Part shown: one piece after another, positions 7,127 to 16,290 of the stretch
How positions within the stretch are numbered: position 1 is the first letter of the stretch
How the letters are laid out: every line of letters starts with the position of its first letter
IMG/VR virus record: IMGVR_UViG_3300017766_003106
Span: 1 to 26,918 of that record
Direction: 5' to 3' (one strand)
Length of the DNA stretch: 26,918 bases
Origin: a virus
Taxonomy: Duplodnaviria > Caudoviricetes
Program-made: the position numbers and the translations under genes
Notes under the pieces: generated by a model
What the model was told of the DNA's origin: nothing
The model's database searches: none
What the model saw: the letters and a program-made list of their open reading frames with translations, nothing else

Positions 7127-10100
7127 CTAGAAGTTTGGAAACGCCTGACTGGGAACTGTAAAAGCGGCTGTGTATCTGGCAATCCCCTTGGTGATTCTTA
7201 GCTCTTCGATGTAGCCGTTCATGAAGCTGGTCGGACTTGTGGAGTTTGTTGCGCCTATGAAAACTGGAGCCGTGCTGTCGAAGAATGGAGTCGAAACAAG
7301 TGCCGAGGTGCCAAGAGAAGCACCATCCGCAAAGAAGTAAAGAGTGTTGGCAGACCGACAAACGGCAAAGTGATGCCAGCCATTGGCATTGCCAGAGAAC
7401 GAGAATGTCTTAGCAAAGGTTGTCAAAGTTGTCCCGCTCGTGCTGTACGAGAAGGTGGGGCCATTATTAGCGCTTAACAAAGCAAGGGACCAAGAGGCAT
7501 TTGATGTCGCGCTGGCACGCTGGGAGACGATTGAAAACGATCCTGTCGTGGCCACGTAGTACACCCAAGCCTCAATGGTAAACGCGCCTGCTCCAAAGTT
7601 GAACGCATTGTTGTCTGCAATGCTTAGGTAGTCACCATTCCCATCAAACAGGGCACTAGAGCCGCCAAACTTGCTTTGAGCCGTACTAATCTGCGCATTC
7701 CCTACTGCGGTCACCGTGAAGGCATTAGCACTGTTGTCAACAAAGCTGGTGCTGCCGTTGCTGCCATCCATATGAAGGAGCAACGAGACCGAGCTGAAAT
7801 TGGGATCTGCCACGCCCAAGTTGGCATTCTGGCCAGTAGCTGAGAAGCTGGCAGCACTACCACCAAGGCTGTAGCTGCGCACACTGCCGGCGTTTTGGCC
7901 TGTCACTGCGAACGATCCAGCAGCAGCCGCCAAGGTGATCGCACTCAGGAACTGTGCGTCCTGACCACTGAGCACAACGCTGCCGGTAGACGCCTGCATC
8001 GGCTGACGCTGGTAGGTCAGCGTGGCGTTTCGCCCCCCAACCGTGAAGGTGCCGGCATTGGTGCCGATGGCATAGCTTCGGACGTTGCCGGCGCTTCTGC
8101 CAGTAACGGCAAAACTTCCGACACTGGCGGCGATGCCGAGCACGTAACGCCCAGTAGAAGCCTGGCCAATCAGGCTGATTGCACCAGCCGCTGCAGCCAC
8201 CACGCTGCCCACCGTAAAGCTGGTGCGGGTCACCAACGCCAACGACTCGGTGCCGATGGAGCCAATGATGTAGCTGTAGTCCATCACCGCCGCGACGGTC
8301 CGCGTTACGCCCTCAAACGGCACCAGCTCATTCCAAGGCGGCACCACAGTTGCCACGCTGGCACTTGGGCCGGGGTTAGGCCCCTCGTTGATCCAGCTGC
8401 TGCCGTCATAGACCCAGTAATCCTCTGTACTTAAGTCCTGGACGCCATCCCCAGTGACCGCAGAGGGGAAGGCGGAGTCCAGCTGGGTCTGCGGGGTGCT
8501 GCCAACACTGGCCACAGTGCCGATCACTTCGGCAGGCGTGGTGTCGGCCACAGCAGGCAAAGCAGGGAACGTAGTGATGCCAGGTGCCACCGGCACCCAG
8601 CTGGTGCCTGAGCCACCGGCCACGCCCCAGAAGAGGGCATCCACACTGGTGACAATGCCCTCGCTGGAAAACGCCCAGTTCAGGCCATTGGCTCGGTACT
8701 GCACCATCAGCGAGCCATCGCTGAGATAGAAGGGTGCAAAGGGGCGAGCTGGGAGTTTGTTGGGGTGTAGCTGGAGGTTCACGCCATTGCGATTGCCAAG
8801 CAGCAGGCGGTTTTGAATCCGCCCATAGCGCAGTGCCTTGGCCTTGGCATCGCCTCTCTGGATCGTGCCGGTGGCTGAATAGGTGTCATCGCTCTGGTAC
8901 GGCATGGAGAACGACACGAAGCGATCCGAACTAGAGGAGCCCATGGCATACGCCAGCTCAGCAGTTGTTTCGGCGCTAGACCCCTTCGCTTGGCCAATAC
9001 GTAAAGCTTGAGGAGCCCGCACCTGGCCGGCTGATCCACCACGGCCACGCTGAGTTCGCACTTGCGAGTCAACCATCACCATGGTGCCGCTCACGCTTGT
9101 CAGCCATGAGAACAGTTGATCAGCAGAAGAAAATGGCGCAAACTCCTTGATAGATGCTGCACCCTGCTGCCCGCCAAGTGTCAGAACCCAGTTTCTATAG
9201 GTTGTTGTCGTAACCTTTTGGCCGTCAACGCTGCGCTCAAAAGTTTCACCCGGCTTGAGGTTGATAAAACGTGGCCGTGGTGCGTAAATCGTCTCGAACT
9301 CTTGAATCACCTCCTCAACAAGCACTTCAGAGTTTCCCAGTACGACAGTCGCAACGCCAGTCCCAGAGGGATATACAAACTCAACGCCAATGCCGCCAGC
9401 CCACTTAAAGAAAGGCTCATAAATGCGACTGGTTTGCCGAATCAGTTGGCCATCACCGTCGTACTCGTAGTCTTCGGTACGCGTGATGGTGCCCAAAGTG
9501 CTGGCAGCCGGATCAAGACCAGCACTAAGAGCCTGAGCGCAATAGCTGTTGGCCGACTCTGCTTTGATGGTGCGCTGTGTTGTCACCCTCTGCACAACGC
9601 TGTTGCTCAAGTCAGCGCCCTCTCCGCTTGAGCTGGCAATCACGCATACATTATCGTCCCAGCTCTTGTCTTCACCGTAAGTAGTCTTGGTTGACGAATA
9701 AGGTATATATGAATAGGTTGACGTGAGGCTTTCGCCCTGAGAATCTGTGTAGCGGATTTCAATTTGCTGAGGCGAACCAACTGTTTCCTCAAGCTCCCAA
9801 TTGCGTTGATCTAGTCCAAACTGATCAGCGGTGTCTAAGTCGCTGCTTAGCTTAAGCGCGTTGTAACGCACGACTACTGCATCACCAGGAAGATCGCCGA
9901 CACCAATTGCGTCGATGTCCACCACGTCAGCTGCGGTGACTACTGGGCCTTTGCCGGATTCCTTGGTAAGGTCGCAGACCTGCAGCTTTTCGTTTTGATC
10001 GAGGTAGCCGAAGTAGCCCTCAGACTGCAGCAGGTCGCTCAGCACGCTGACATAGCCAGCGCTGAGGTCAAAGGTGTCTATATTGAATCGGTTAGTGAGC

Positions 10101-10567
10101 GGGTTGCTGCTGGCGGTCAGCCCCAGCTTGGTCAGGCAGGTGTCCATCACGCCGGCAGCACTCACCGGGATCGGCACAGGGCTATTGGCCGGATAGTCGA
10201 TGTAACCGTTCAGGCATTGCTGCTGGCGGCCGCTGGTTTCCGCCGCTTCGCCATCCACAGTGGGCGCCGGTGTGACGTTCTTCATATAGGTGAGCTTGCA
10301 GCCCAGCTCCACCTTGGTGACTTGGCGGAACGGATCGGCAAAACTGGACAGCACCCGCAGCTTGCGCGGCACCTTCTTGGTGGAGCCATTGCGCGTGTAG
10401 CTGAAGGTCACCACGGTGCCCACTGCAGGAGTGAAGATGCCCTTCAGTTCGCAGCTGCCACGTGTCTTGACCAGGCCGCTGCCTTGGATGTAGTCGTCAC
10501 TGACGCTGCCGCTGATCAGGGTGCCAAGCGAGCAGGTGACTGTGGCGCGGATATCAATAGTCGCCAT
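7127..10567 (-). CDS. Large tail tip/central fibre protein with a C-terminal LamG (ConA-like) domain
   Basis: 1146 aa, two genes after the TMP. C-terminus DPNFSSVSLLLHMDG...FTIEAWVY...WHHFAVCR...GYIEELRITKGIARYT is a LamG-type signature, preceded by GSFAVTGQ-like repeats. Confidence 0.8.
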   Translation of the reverse strand: MATIDIRATVTCSLGTLISGSVSDDYIQGSGLVKTRGSCELKGIFTPAVGTVVTFSYTRNGSTKKVPRKLRVLSSFADPFRQVTKVELGCKLTYMKNVTPAPTVDGEAAETSGRQQQCLNGYIDYPANSPVPIPVSAAGVMDTCLTKLGLTASSNPLTNRFNIDTFDLSAGYVSVLSDLLQSEGYFGYLDQNEKLQVCDLTKESGKGPVVTAADVVDIDAIGVGDLPGDAVVVRYNALKLSSDLDTADQFGLDQRNWELEETVGSPQQIEIRYTDSQGESLTSTYSYIPYSSTKTTYGEDKSWDDNVCVIASSSGEGADLSNSVVQRVTTQRTIKAESANSYCAQALSAGLDPAASTLGTITRTEDYEYDGDGQLIRQTSRIYEPFFKWAGGIGVEFVYPSGTGVATVVLGNSEVLVEEVIQEFETIYAPRPRFINLKPGETFERSVDGQKVTTTTYRNWVLTLGGQQGAASIKEFAPFSSADQLFSWLTSVSGTMVMVDSQVRTQRGRGGSAGQVRAPQALRIGQAKGSSAETTAELAYAMGSSSSDRFVSFSMPYQSDDTYSATGTIQRGDAKAKALRYGRIQNRLLLGNRNGVNLQLHPNKLPARPFAPFYLSDGSLMVQYRANGLNWAFSSEGIVTSVDALFWGVAGGSGTSWVPVAPGITTFPALPAVADTTPAEVIGTVASVGSTPQTQLDSAFPSAVTGDGVQDLSTEDYWVYDGSSWINEGPNPGPSASVATVVPPWNELVPFEGVTRTVAAVMDYSYIIGSIGTESLALVTRTSFTVGSVVAAAAGAISLIGQASTGRYVLGIAASVGSFAVTGRSAGNVRSYAIGTNAGTFTVGGRNATLTYQRQPMQASTGSVVLSGQDAQFLSAITLAAAAGSFAVTGQNAGSVRSYSLGGSAASFSATGQNANLGVADPNFSSVSLLLHMDGSNGSTSFVDNSANAFTVTAVGNAQISTAQSKFGGSSALFDGNGDYLSIADNNAFNFGAGAFTIEAWVYYVATTGSFSIVSQRASATSNASWSLALLSANNGPTFSYSTSGTTLTTFAKTFSFSGNANGWHHFAVCRSANTLYFFADGASLGTSALVSTPFFDSTAPVFIGATNSTSPTSFMNGYIEELRITKGIARYTAAFTVPSQAFPNF

Positions 10568-11298
10568 TACTTTGCCTGCCCTAGGGAGATAGACACGGTG
10601 TAGAGGTCGGCGCGAACGCCAGCCACGATCTGGGCCTCCGCGGTGGCGCTAGGAGCGCTTAGCGGGAACCAGGCCCCTGCCGCAGGCGCAGCTGCAATCG
10701 CGGACTCGTACCAGCTCTGGATCGCCGCCCACCCGGCAGCGTTGGTGGTGCCCTCAAGATTGCGGACGCGGGTAGCGCTTAGCGGACCAGTGATATACGT
10801 GGCTCCCGAGGCGGTGAGCGCCAGCGTGGGAGTGTCTTGGTAAGTCTCAGGAGGCTTGAGAAGCTGCAGGGTTGTGCTGCCGAGGGTGTACGTGCCGAAG
10901 GTGTAGCGGGCGGTGCTTAGAACCTCTTCTTTGCGTAGTACGGCTAACGCTTCGGCAGCATGAACAAGCCGCACAGACGCCTGGATATACGCGCCGACCT
11001 GTTCTCCGCTAGGAGGTTCAGCAAACCAGCAGCCGACACCGCTCCACGTAATGCCGTTAGCGCTACCGCTGAACGAAACCGTGGTGCCAACGCTGTTGCT
11101 GGTGAGGGTGTCAGCATCTTGGATGCGGGCGTTACGCCAGTTGTCATAGACACTCAGAAGCGATTGCCACTGGGAGGAGGTGAGGAGCCCTGTGATGTTC
11201 CAGGTACGAGCTGTGAGACCCTTTCTGGCATCGCCCTCATACCCCAAGGGCTGTGCAGTCAGTAGAGAGCAGTTGAAGGCGCCGATAGAGAATGTCAT
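10567..11298 (-). CDS. Tail protein, distal-tail (Dit)-like by position
   Basis: Directly after the TMP with an ATGA overlap; the two halves look weakly similar. Confidence 0.65.
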   Translation of the reverse strand: MTFSIGAFNCSLLTAQPLGYEGDARKGLTARTWNITGLLTSSQWQSLLSVYDNWRNARIQDADTLTSNSVGTTVSFSGSANGITWSGVGCWFAEPPSGEQVGAYIQASVRLVHAAEALAVLRKEEVLSTARYTFGTYTLGSTTLQLLKPPETYQDTPTLALTASGATYITGPLSATRVRNLEGTTNAAGWAAIQSWYESAIAAAPAAGAWFPLSAPSATAEAQIVAGVRADLYTVSISLGQAK

Positions 11299-14180
11299 GA
11301 CAGTGAGTTGACCCCCTGAATAACGTCACCCGAAGCATTGCCTCTTGGCACGTTGACATTGACGGTCCAGTCCTTTCCGGTCAATGACTCTAGGGCTCCT
11401 GTTAGTGAAGGCAAAAGCTCAGCAACTTGAGAGTTGACTGATGCCAACTCCTGATTCACTGCAAATAGGTCAGCAGTGGCTCTCGAGAGATCTTGTTGTA
11501 TCCTTGCAATATCTTCCGGTGCCCGCAGTTCGTTTCTGGCTAGCTGAATGAACTCGGCCATCTGGTCGTTCCGTTCCCCGAGGTTTCCTGTAAAGGTTGG
11601 ATTTACGTCTAAACGCCGAGATAGAGCTTCGACTTCTCGCTCTAGTTTGGGGTTGGCCTCATTCTGTCGCCGACTCTGCTGTTCAATGCTGAGAAACTTG
11701 TTGAGGCCTCCGCTACCACCCTGAGATGCTAAAAGTGATGTTTTTGCGTCTTCAAGACTTCGGCTGATGGAGCGCACTGAGTCCTGCGCTGCCTTGTAAG
11801 CGTCGAGCAGATCGGACTTGGTTTTGGCAGCCGCGAGTTTGACTTGTTCGGATGCCTCAGCTGCGGCGTTCTGCAGGCCCGTGTCAGCAGGTGAGGTGCG
11901 TAGGGCTGCTTGGGCGTTCTGCTCCTGGCGTTGGGCCTCACGGAACTGGGCCATAGCCTGCAAGGCGCCGACGCCGGTGCCTGTCAGGCCAGGGCGCTGC
12001 TGCTCAATGGCGATTTGCTCTTGGATCGCGGCCAGCTTGTTGGCGGAGACGATGGAGTCGGCCCAGCGCTTTTGCGTCGTGCGGGTGATTTGCTGCTCAA
12101 TCTCATAGACGCGTAAGGCTGTGTCCTGCTGGATCTTCTGTCCCTCTGGGCCGTTGCGCTGCTTTTCGGTTAGTGCCAGAAGCTGCTGGTTTCGCTGGAT
12201 CAGCACCTCCTGCTTTTGAAACTCCAGGGTCTGGCGCTCGTTGCCTTGTGTCGCGGCGTCGATTAGGCGGTAGGAGTTGGATAGGGCCTGGTTGCTGAGA
12301 AGCTGTGCGGCGGTAATCCGCTTTTGTGCGTCTTCTCTTTGTTTCTCGACGCCAAGAATGCGCTCGGATTCTTGGATGAACGCTTGGCGGCCCTTGGCTA
12401 CGTCGCCCTCGCTGGGCGGTAGGAAGGCGCTGATCCCACCGCGGCTCTGGCGTGAGGCCTCAGTGGCGCGATCCCGTGCAGCGGACGCTGTTCGGTATTG
12501 ATCCGGTGTCAGCGCACCAGCGAGTTGCTCAAATCGGACGCCGGTGCCCAGGTTGGAGCCGGGTTGGGAGAGCTGATTGATCAGGCCCGCGAGCGGACCG
12601 GCGACAAAGTTGGCGACAGCAACACTGGCCTGACCCCAACTGCGGTTAAGGGTGTCCAACGCATCGTTGTACTGATCCAGGGCCTGGGTCGAGCCAAACG
12701 TCTCGAGCAGGTCTTTTTGGATGACGGCCTGGGCCTCAGCTGTCTTGCCGGCGTTAATCAGTCCGCGGATATAGCTCTCAGTGGCTTTTGAGGAAAAGCT
12801 TGAGGCTTCGGCTAGTTGCTCAAAGTTCTTAACAGGGTCTTCAAGGCCGCGGGCAAGATCGCGCCCCTTCTGGAGCATGAGGTCGAACTGGGCGCCTACG
12901 GCGGTGCCGACCAGTGACAAGCCGAAGCCGAATTGGCCGCCTATGGCTCCGCCGGCTCCGCCACCAACTGCGCCGCCGATGCTGGCCCCGAGCCCCTGAC
13001 CGAACAGCGCAGGGAAGGCGCCACCGATCAGCGCCGAGCCGATGGCATCCTTTCGGCGGTTAGCCCGGTCACTGGCTACTTGCTCAGCGGCGCGGGCCGC
13101 TTTCTGCGTAGCGACCTGTTCGCGGCGGTCGGCGTCTAGCTTTTGGCGCTCCGCGGCAAGACGCCGTTCGCGTACTCGAGCGAGGTCGGCTTCAAGGGCG
13201 TCCAGCTGGGCGGTGCGGCGATTGTTTTGGGCGGTGGTGCGCTCCTCGTTGCGACGGATGGAGCGGCTAACGGCGTCGCCGCCGATGCTGGCGCTAAACG
13301 CGCCGAAGCCGTTTTTGGTTGCTGCGGCGGTGGTCAGGATGCGTTGGCTGATCTCGCGCAACGTCTGGAGCCGCTTGAGGTCGGTGTCGAGCAGTTCCTT
13401 GGCGGGGCGGATTGCGGCGTTGTAGGCGCGTTCATCGGCGACTGAGTTGGCGCCGCGGGCCGTGATAGCGCCGTCTTCGTTGCGGATGCCGCCTGCGCGA
13501 GGGTTCTTGTCGGCGTAATACTGCTGGATGCCGGCGAGCTTCTCGGAACGGCGGATGGCACCTTCCTGTTCGCGCTGAAGCAGGCGGTAGCTTTCGCTCG
13601 TGCCGCTGTTGGCACGGCTGACGCGTAGTTGAGCGGCTTCGAGTTCGCGCAGGGTGAGGTCGTACTGGGCGCTGGTGCGGTCGACGTTGCGCAGCCGGTC
13701 GCTCAGCTCACGGATCAGCTGGATGTCGGCTGCCGTGGTGTTGGGTAGGGAGGGCAGGCGGCTTGGGTCGCCATAGCCGCCGTTCATCACGCGGCCTTGG
13801 TAAGCCTCAAAGTCGGCGTTGACACGCTGGCGGCCTGCGCGGTTGTTGCGCACCAGCTCCAGTTCGCGGATGCGCTGGAGAGTCTTGAGATACTCCTCGG
13901 AGGCGAGCTTGAGGTTGCGGGATTCGGCTGTGAGGCGGCTGATCTGAGCGCTGATCTTGCTGTAAGACGCAGCCGGTGCTTGGTTTAAGACTTGGTTGAG
14001 CGATTGAACGCGGGTGGCGCTCTTGTCGGCCTCGTTGCTGATATTCCGGAGGCCCTGTTCTACACCCTTGAAGTCGGGACGAAATCCCTCAATCGCCTTT
14101 TTGGCGCTGTTCAGCGCGGTGGTGAGCGCCTTGGAATCGACCTCCAGCGTTAATACGGCTGAGCCGAGGGATTCCGCCAC
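11295..14180 (-). CDS. Tape measure protein
   Basis: 961 aa, helical and Ala/Gln/Arg-rich; N-terminus SLGSAVLTLEVD; Gly-rich hydrophobic GGAFPALFGQGLG segment; RBS AGGAGG. Confidence 0.85.
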   Translation of the reverse strand: MAESLGSAVLTLEVDSKALTTALNSAKKAIEGFRPDFKGVEQGLRNISNEADKSATRVQSLNQVLNQAPAASYSKISAQISRLTAESRNLKLASEEYLKTLQRIRELELVRNNRAGRQRVNADFEAYQGRVMNGGYGDPSRLPSLPNTTAADIQLIRELSDRLRNVDRTSAQYDLTLRELEAAQLRVSRANSGTSESYRLLQREQEGAIRRSEKLAGIQQYYADKNPRAGGIRNEDGAITARGANSVADERAYNAAIRPAKELLDTDLKRLQTLREISQRILTTAAATKNGFGAFSASIGGDAVSRSIRRNEERTTAQNNRRTAQLDALEADLARVRERRLAAERQKLDADRREQVATQKAARAAEQVASDRANRRKDAIGSALIGGAFPALFGQGLGASIGGAVGGGAGGAIGGQFGFGLSLVGTAVGAQFDLMLQKGRDLARGLEDPVKNFEQLAEASSFSSKATESYIRGLINAGKTAEAQAVIQKDLLETFGSTQALDQYNDALDTLNRSWGQASVAVANFVAGPLAGLINQLSQPGSNLGTGVRFEQLAGALTPDQYRTASAARDRATEASRQSRGGISAFLPPSEGDVAKGRQAFIQESERILGVEKQREDAQKRITAAQLLSNQALSNSYRLIDAATQGNERQTLEFQKQEVLIQRNQQLLALTEKQRNGPEGQKIQQDTALRVYEIEQQITRTTQKRWADSIVSANKLAAIQEQIAIEQQRPGLTGTGVGALQAMAQFREAQRQEQNAQAALRTSPADTGLQNAAAEASEQVKLAAAKTKSDLLDAYKAAQDSVRSISRSLEDAKTSLLASQGGSGGLNKFLSIEQQSRRQNEANPKLEREVEALSRRLDVNPTFTGNLGERNDQMAEFIQLARNELRAPEDIARIQQDLSRATADLFAVNQELASVNSQVAELLPSLTGALESLTGKDWTVNVNVPRGNASGDVIQGVNSLS

Positions 14181-14199
14181 CTGATAACGCCTCCTGTAG

Positions 14200-14210
14200 C
14201 CGAGGTTGCC
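14200..14210 (-). promoter_or_regulatory. Putative late promoter motif GGCAACCTCGG
   Basis: 19 nt upstream of the TMP GTG; back-to-back with the plus-strand copy. Confidence 0.75.
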
Positions 14211-14217
14211 GGTTGGC

Positions 14218-14228
14218 GGAAAGCTCGG
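14218..14228 (+). promoter_or_regulatory. Putative late promoter motif GGAAAGCTCGG (leaderless geometry)
   Basis: 2 nt before ATG 14231. Confidence 0.7.
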
Positions 14229-14230
14229 TT

Positions 14231-14620
14231 ATGGCTTCAGCTCTCGCCGCACTCGCCAACGCCACTGCCACCTTTCAGGTTGCAGGAACTGGCACCGTGA
14301 CTGATCCCGATACCGGGAACGTGATGGCAGCTGGTGCCAGCGTGGTGGTGTCGCTGTTTCTCAAGGCGGAGAAGGTTGGGTACACCGCACTGCCGGGTGT
14401 GGATGTGGTCGACACCGTGTACGCCGGTTACGCGATTAGCCCGATGGCGTTGGATCCTGGAATTGTGATCGGCACCACGGGGACCTTGACGTTTGCTGGT
14501 GAGAAGCCGGTGGCTTGTGAGGTGGTGGAAGTGCGGCTGCCCTACGGAGCGGAAGGGTTGATCGGTGGGACGTTGGCGGGGGTGTTGGGGCAGTCGGTGC
14601 GGCTGGTGGCTCGGGGCTAA
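14231..14620 (+). CDS. Head closure / head-tail joining-like protein (opposite strand)
   Basis: Beta-rich, 129 aa, with TVTDPDTGN; coupled to the next gene (TAATG). ATG 14231 is preferred over TTG 14213. Confidence 0.6.
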   Translation: MASALAALANATATFQVAGTGTVTDPDTGNVMAAGASVVVSLFLKAEKVGYTALPGVDVVDTVYAGYAISPMALDPGIVIGTTGTLTFAGEKPVACEVVEVRLPYGAEGLIGGTLAGVLGQSVRLVARG

Positions 14621-15075
14621 TGGCTGTCCGCGTACAGATCAAGCAGTGGAACGCGGACAAGCTACTGGCGAGAACGACCCAGATCCTCGAGGACTTTGGG
14701 CCGCTGGTGGCGTTTCAGTCCGAGCAGGAGATCGCTAAAGAGCAGTACACCTGGCCCGTCACGACGCGACGGAAGAACGGGCAGGTGGTGACGAGTCCAC
14801 GGGACATCGTGGATACGGGGCGGCTCATCAATTCCGCGACGCCGCCGGAGGTGTCAAGCGCGGGTGGGCGGAGCGCTTTGCGGATCGCGTGGACTGCGCC
14901 CTACGCCTATGAGGTGCTGAAAGGCGGGTATCTGGTCGGGACAACCCGGCAGAACTATGTGGCGCCGGAGCGGGACTGGATCAGCCGGACATACCGGCAG
15001 CTGCAGGTCGATGGGGAGCGGCCGTTCCTGCCGTTTCTGGTGCGGCGCTGGAATCAGCTGGCTGGGGATACTTAA
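14620..15075 (+). CDS. HK97 gp10-like neck/tail completion protein (opposite strand)
   Basis: SPRDIVDTGRLINS...WTAPYAYEVLKG...RDWI matches the DTGxLxxS/YA pattern. Confidence 0.7.
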   Translation: MAVRVQIKQWNADKLLARTTQILEDFGPLVAFQSEQEIAKEQYTWPVTTRRKNGQVVTSPRDIVDTGRLINSATPPEVSSAGGRSALRIAWTAPYAYEVLKGGYLVGTTRQNYVAPERDWISRTYRQLQVDGERPFLPFLVRRWNQLAGDT

Positions 15076-15114
15076 AAAAAGGCCCGCGACGCACACCATG
15101 CACGCCGCGGAGCC
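15074..15114 (-). terminator. Rho-independent terminator after the tail tube gene
   Basis: Minus-strand GGCTCCGCGGCGTGCA-TGG-TGTGCGTCGCGGGCC hairpin (with G-U pairs) followed by T7; lies between convergent genes. Confidence 0.7.
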
Positions 15115-15170
15115 CTTAGCCGCCATCACCATAAGCGGTGACAGCGGCAACGTCAATAGGTAGCTAGAGG

Positions 15171-15650
15171 TCAGGCGTTGGTCTCGGCGGTGAACACGTA
15201 GGCGCCATAGCCGGTGAGGGTGAAGGACACCTGACTCACGTTTCCGGCTTGGATGTCCTCGGAGAAGTCGGTCACGAAGGCCACGCCAGCGTGCTTCTCG
15301 GGGTTGCCAGTGGTGCTCATCTCGGGGGATTCCCGATACCACTCCACGGTCACGCCACTGGCGGCGTCCAGTGCTGCATTCTTCAGCACCAGATAGCCCG
15401 CGTCGTTGAGACTCAGGTTCATGGTGCAGGGGATGGTGTAGCTCTGGCCGGTCACCAGGGAGGCTTTGAAGCCTTGGGTGGAGCCGTAGTCGAGAACGTC
15501 GGTGGTGTCGCTGGCACCTTGGATCCCGGCGTTGGTCAGGCTCAGCACCTCAACCATGCCGGTGCTGGTAGTGGGTGCGGTACTCGCGGTTGTACCGGCC
15601 TTCACGTAGAACTTGTAGCCGAGGGCCGCGAAGAAACTGCCGGTAGCCAT
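15171..15650 (-). CDS. Major tail (tube) protein
   Basis: 159 aa; TTDVLDYGSTQGFKASLVTGQS...AFVTDFSEDIQAGNVSQVSFTLTGYG is a siphoviral tube pattern. Confidence 0.85.
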   Translation of the reverse strand: MATGSFFAALGYKFYVKAGTTASTAPTTSTGMVEVLSLTNAGIQGASDTTDVLDYGSTQGFKASLVTGQSYTIPCTMNLSLNDAGYLVLKNAALDAASGVTVEWYRESPEMSTTGNPEKHAGVAFVTDFSEDIQAGNVSQVSFTLTGYGAYVFTAETNA

Positions 15651-15673
15651 GAGCAGGTGCCGAAGCGTATAGC

Positions 15674-15684
15674 ACTAAGTTGCC
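15674..15684 (-). promoter_or_regulatory. Putative late promoter motif GGCAACTTAGT
   Basis: Intergenic, 23 nt upstream of ATG 15650. Confidence 0.7.
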
Positions 15685-15685
15685 T

Positions 15686-16240
15686 TTAGGCTTCGGCTGC
15701 TTCTAATTCGTCCCATGGTGTGGGGCGGGGGCAGATGTGGAGGTCGAAGCCGCGGATGTCGTGGTCGGTGGGTTGGGTTGCCACCAGCGCCAATTTGAGT
15801 TGCTCTTCGCCGATCTGTAGGTTGCAGAGCACTTCGGCGGTTGTGGCTCCTTTGTCGAGGAGTTTGCGGGCGAGTTGGCCGATCCGGCGCACATTGCCGG
15901 GGGCTTTCACCATCCAGTTGTGGTCGCGGATGAAGTGGAGGATGTCGCCTTCGCAGAAGACGGTGAGCAGAGTGCTGAAAGTGCCTTTGGCGGGATCCCA
16001 GGCGCGGCACGTTTTGATGAAGCCGGTGTCGATGCAGCTGAAGAGGTCGGAGGCGTCGACGTAGAAGTATTTGCGGCAGAGCTTGCGGCCCATTAGGCGG
16101 AGGAGGCCCTGGTGCTCGCGGTACATCCGCGCGATGTAGCGCTGTTCGTCGGGAGAGAGGGGCGTGGCGAGGTAGCCGGTGCGGGGGCGGCGCCGCGCCG
16201 GTTGGTTGGCACTAGGGGTGGGGGTGCAGCTGGTCGCCAT
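15686..16240 (-). CDS. Phage RNA polymerase sigma factor, SigF/SigB-like, regions 2-3 only
   Basis: DLFSCIDTGFIKTCRAWDPAKGTFST...EGDILHFIRDHNWMVKAP is sigma region 2 of the SigB/F type; ATTAEVLCNLQIGEEQLKLAL is region 3-like; the protein ends before region 4. Confidence 0.85.
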   Translation of the reverse strand: MATSCTPTPSANQPARRRPRTGYLATPLSPDEQRYIARMYREHQGLLRLMGRKLCRKYFYVDASDLFSCIDTGFIKTCRAWDPAKGTFSTLLTVFCEGDILHFIRDHNWMVKAPGNVRRIGQLARKLLDKGATTAEVLCNLQIGEEQLKLALVATQPTDHDIRGFDLHICPRPTPWDELEAAEA

Positions 16241-16249
16241 ACGCCACCC

Positions 16250-16278
16250 ATAGTAGGCAGGTGGGCGCTACCTGGCTA
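16250..16278 (-). promoter_or_regulatory. Host sigma70-type promoter of the sigma gene: TAGCCA-N17-TACTAT
   Basis: -35 at 16278-16273, -10 at 16255-16250, 9 nt before the ATG. Confidence 0.6.
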
Positions 16279-16290
16279 GGTGGGGTAGGC

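Noticed and set aside
11578-11588. Motif copy GGAAACCTCGG inside the TMP gene
   Set aside because: It is 280 nt from the next start and also encodes G-N-L-G. It could serve the tail tip genes but cannot be told from chance, so it is not counted.
14200-15170. Invertase-controlled flipping segment
   Set aside because: No matching inverted repeats were found at the two ends and there is no recombinase in the window; the left-side symmetry is explained by two divergent promoter motifs.
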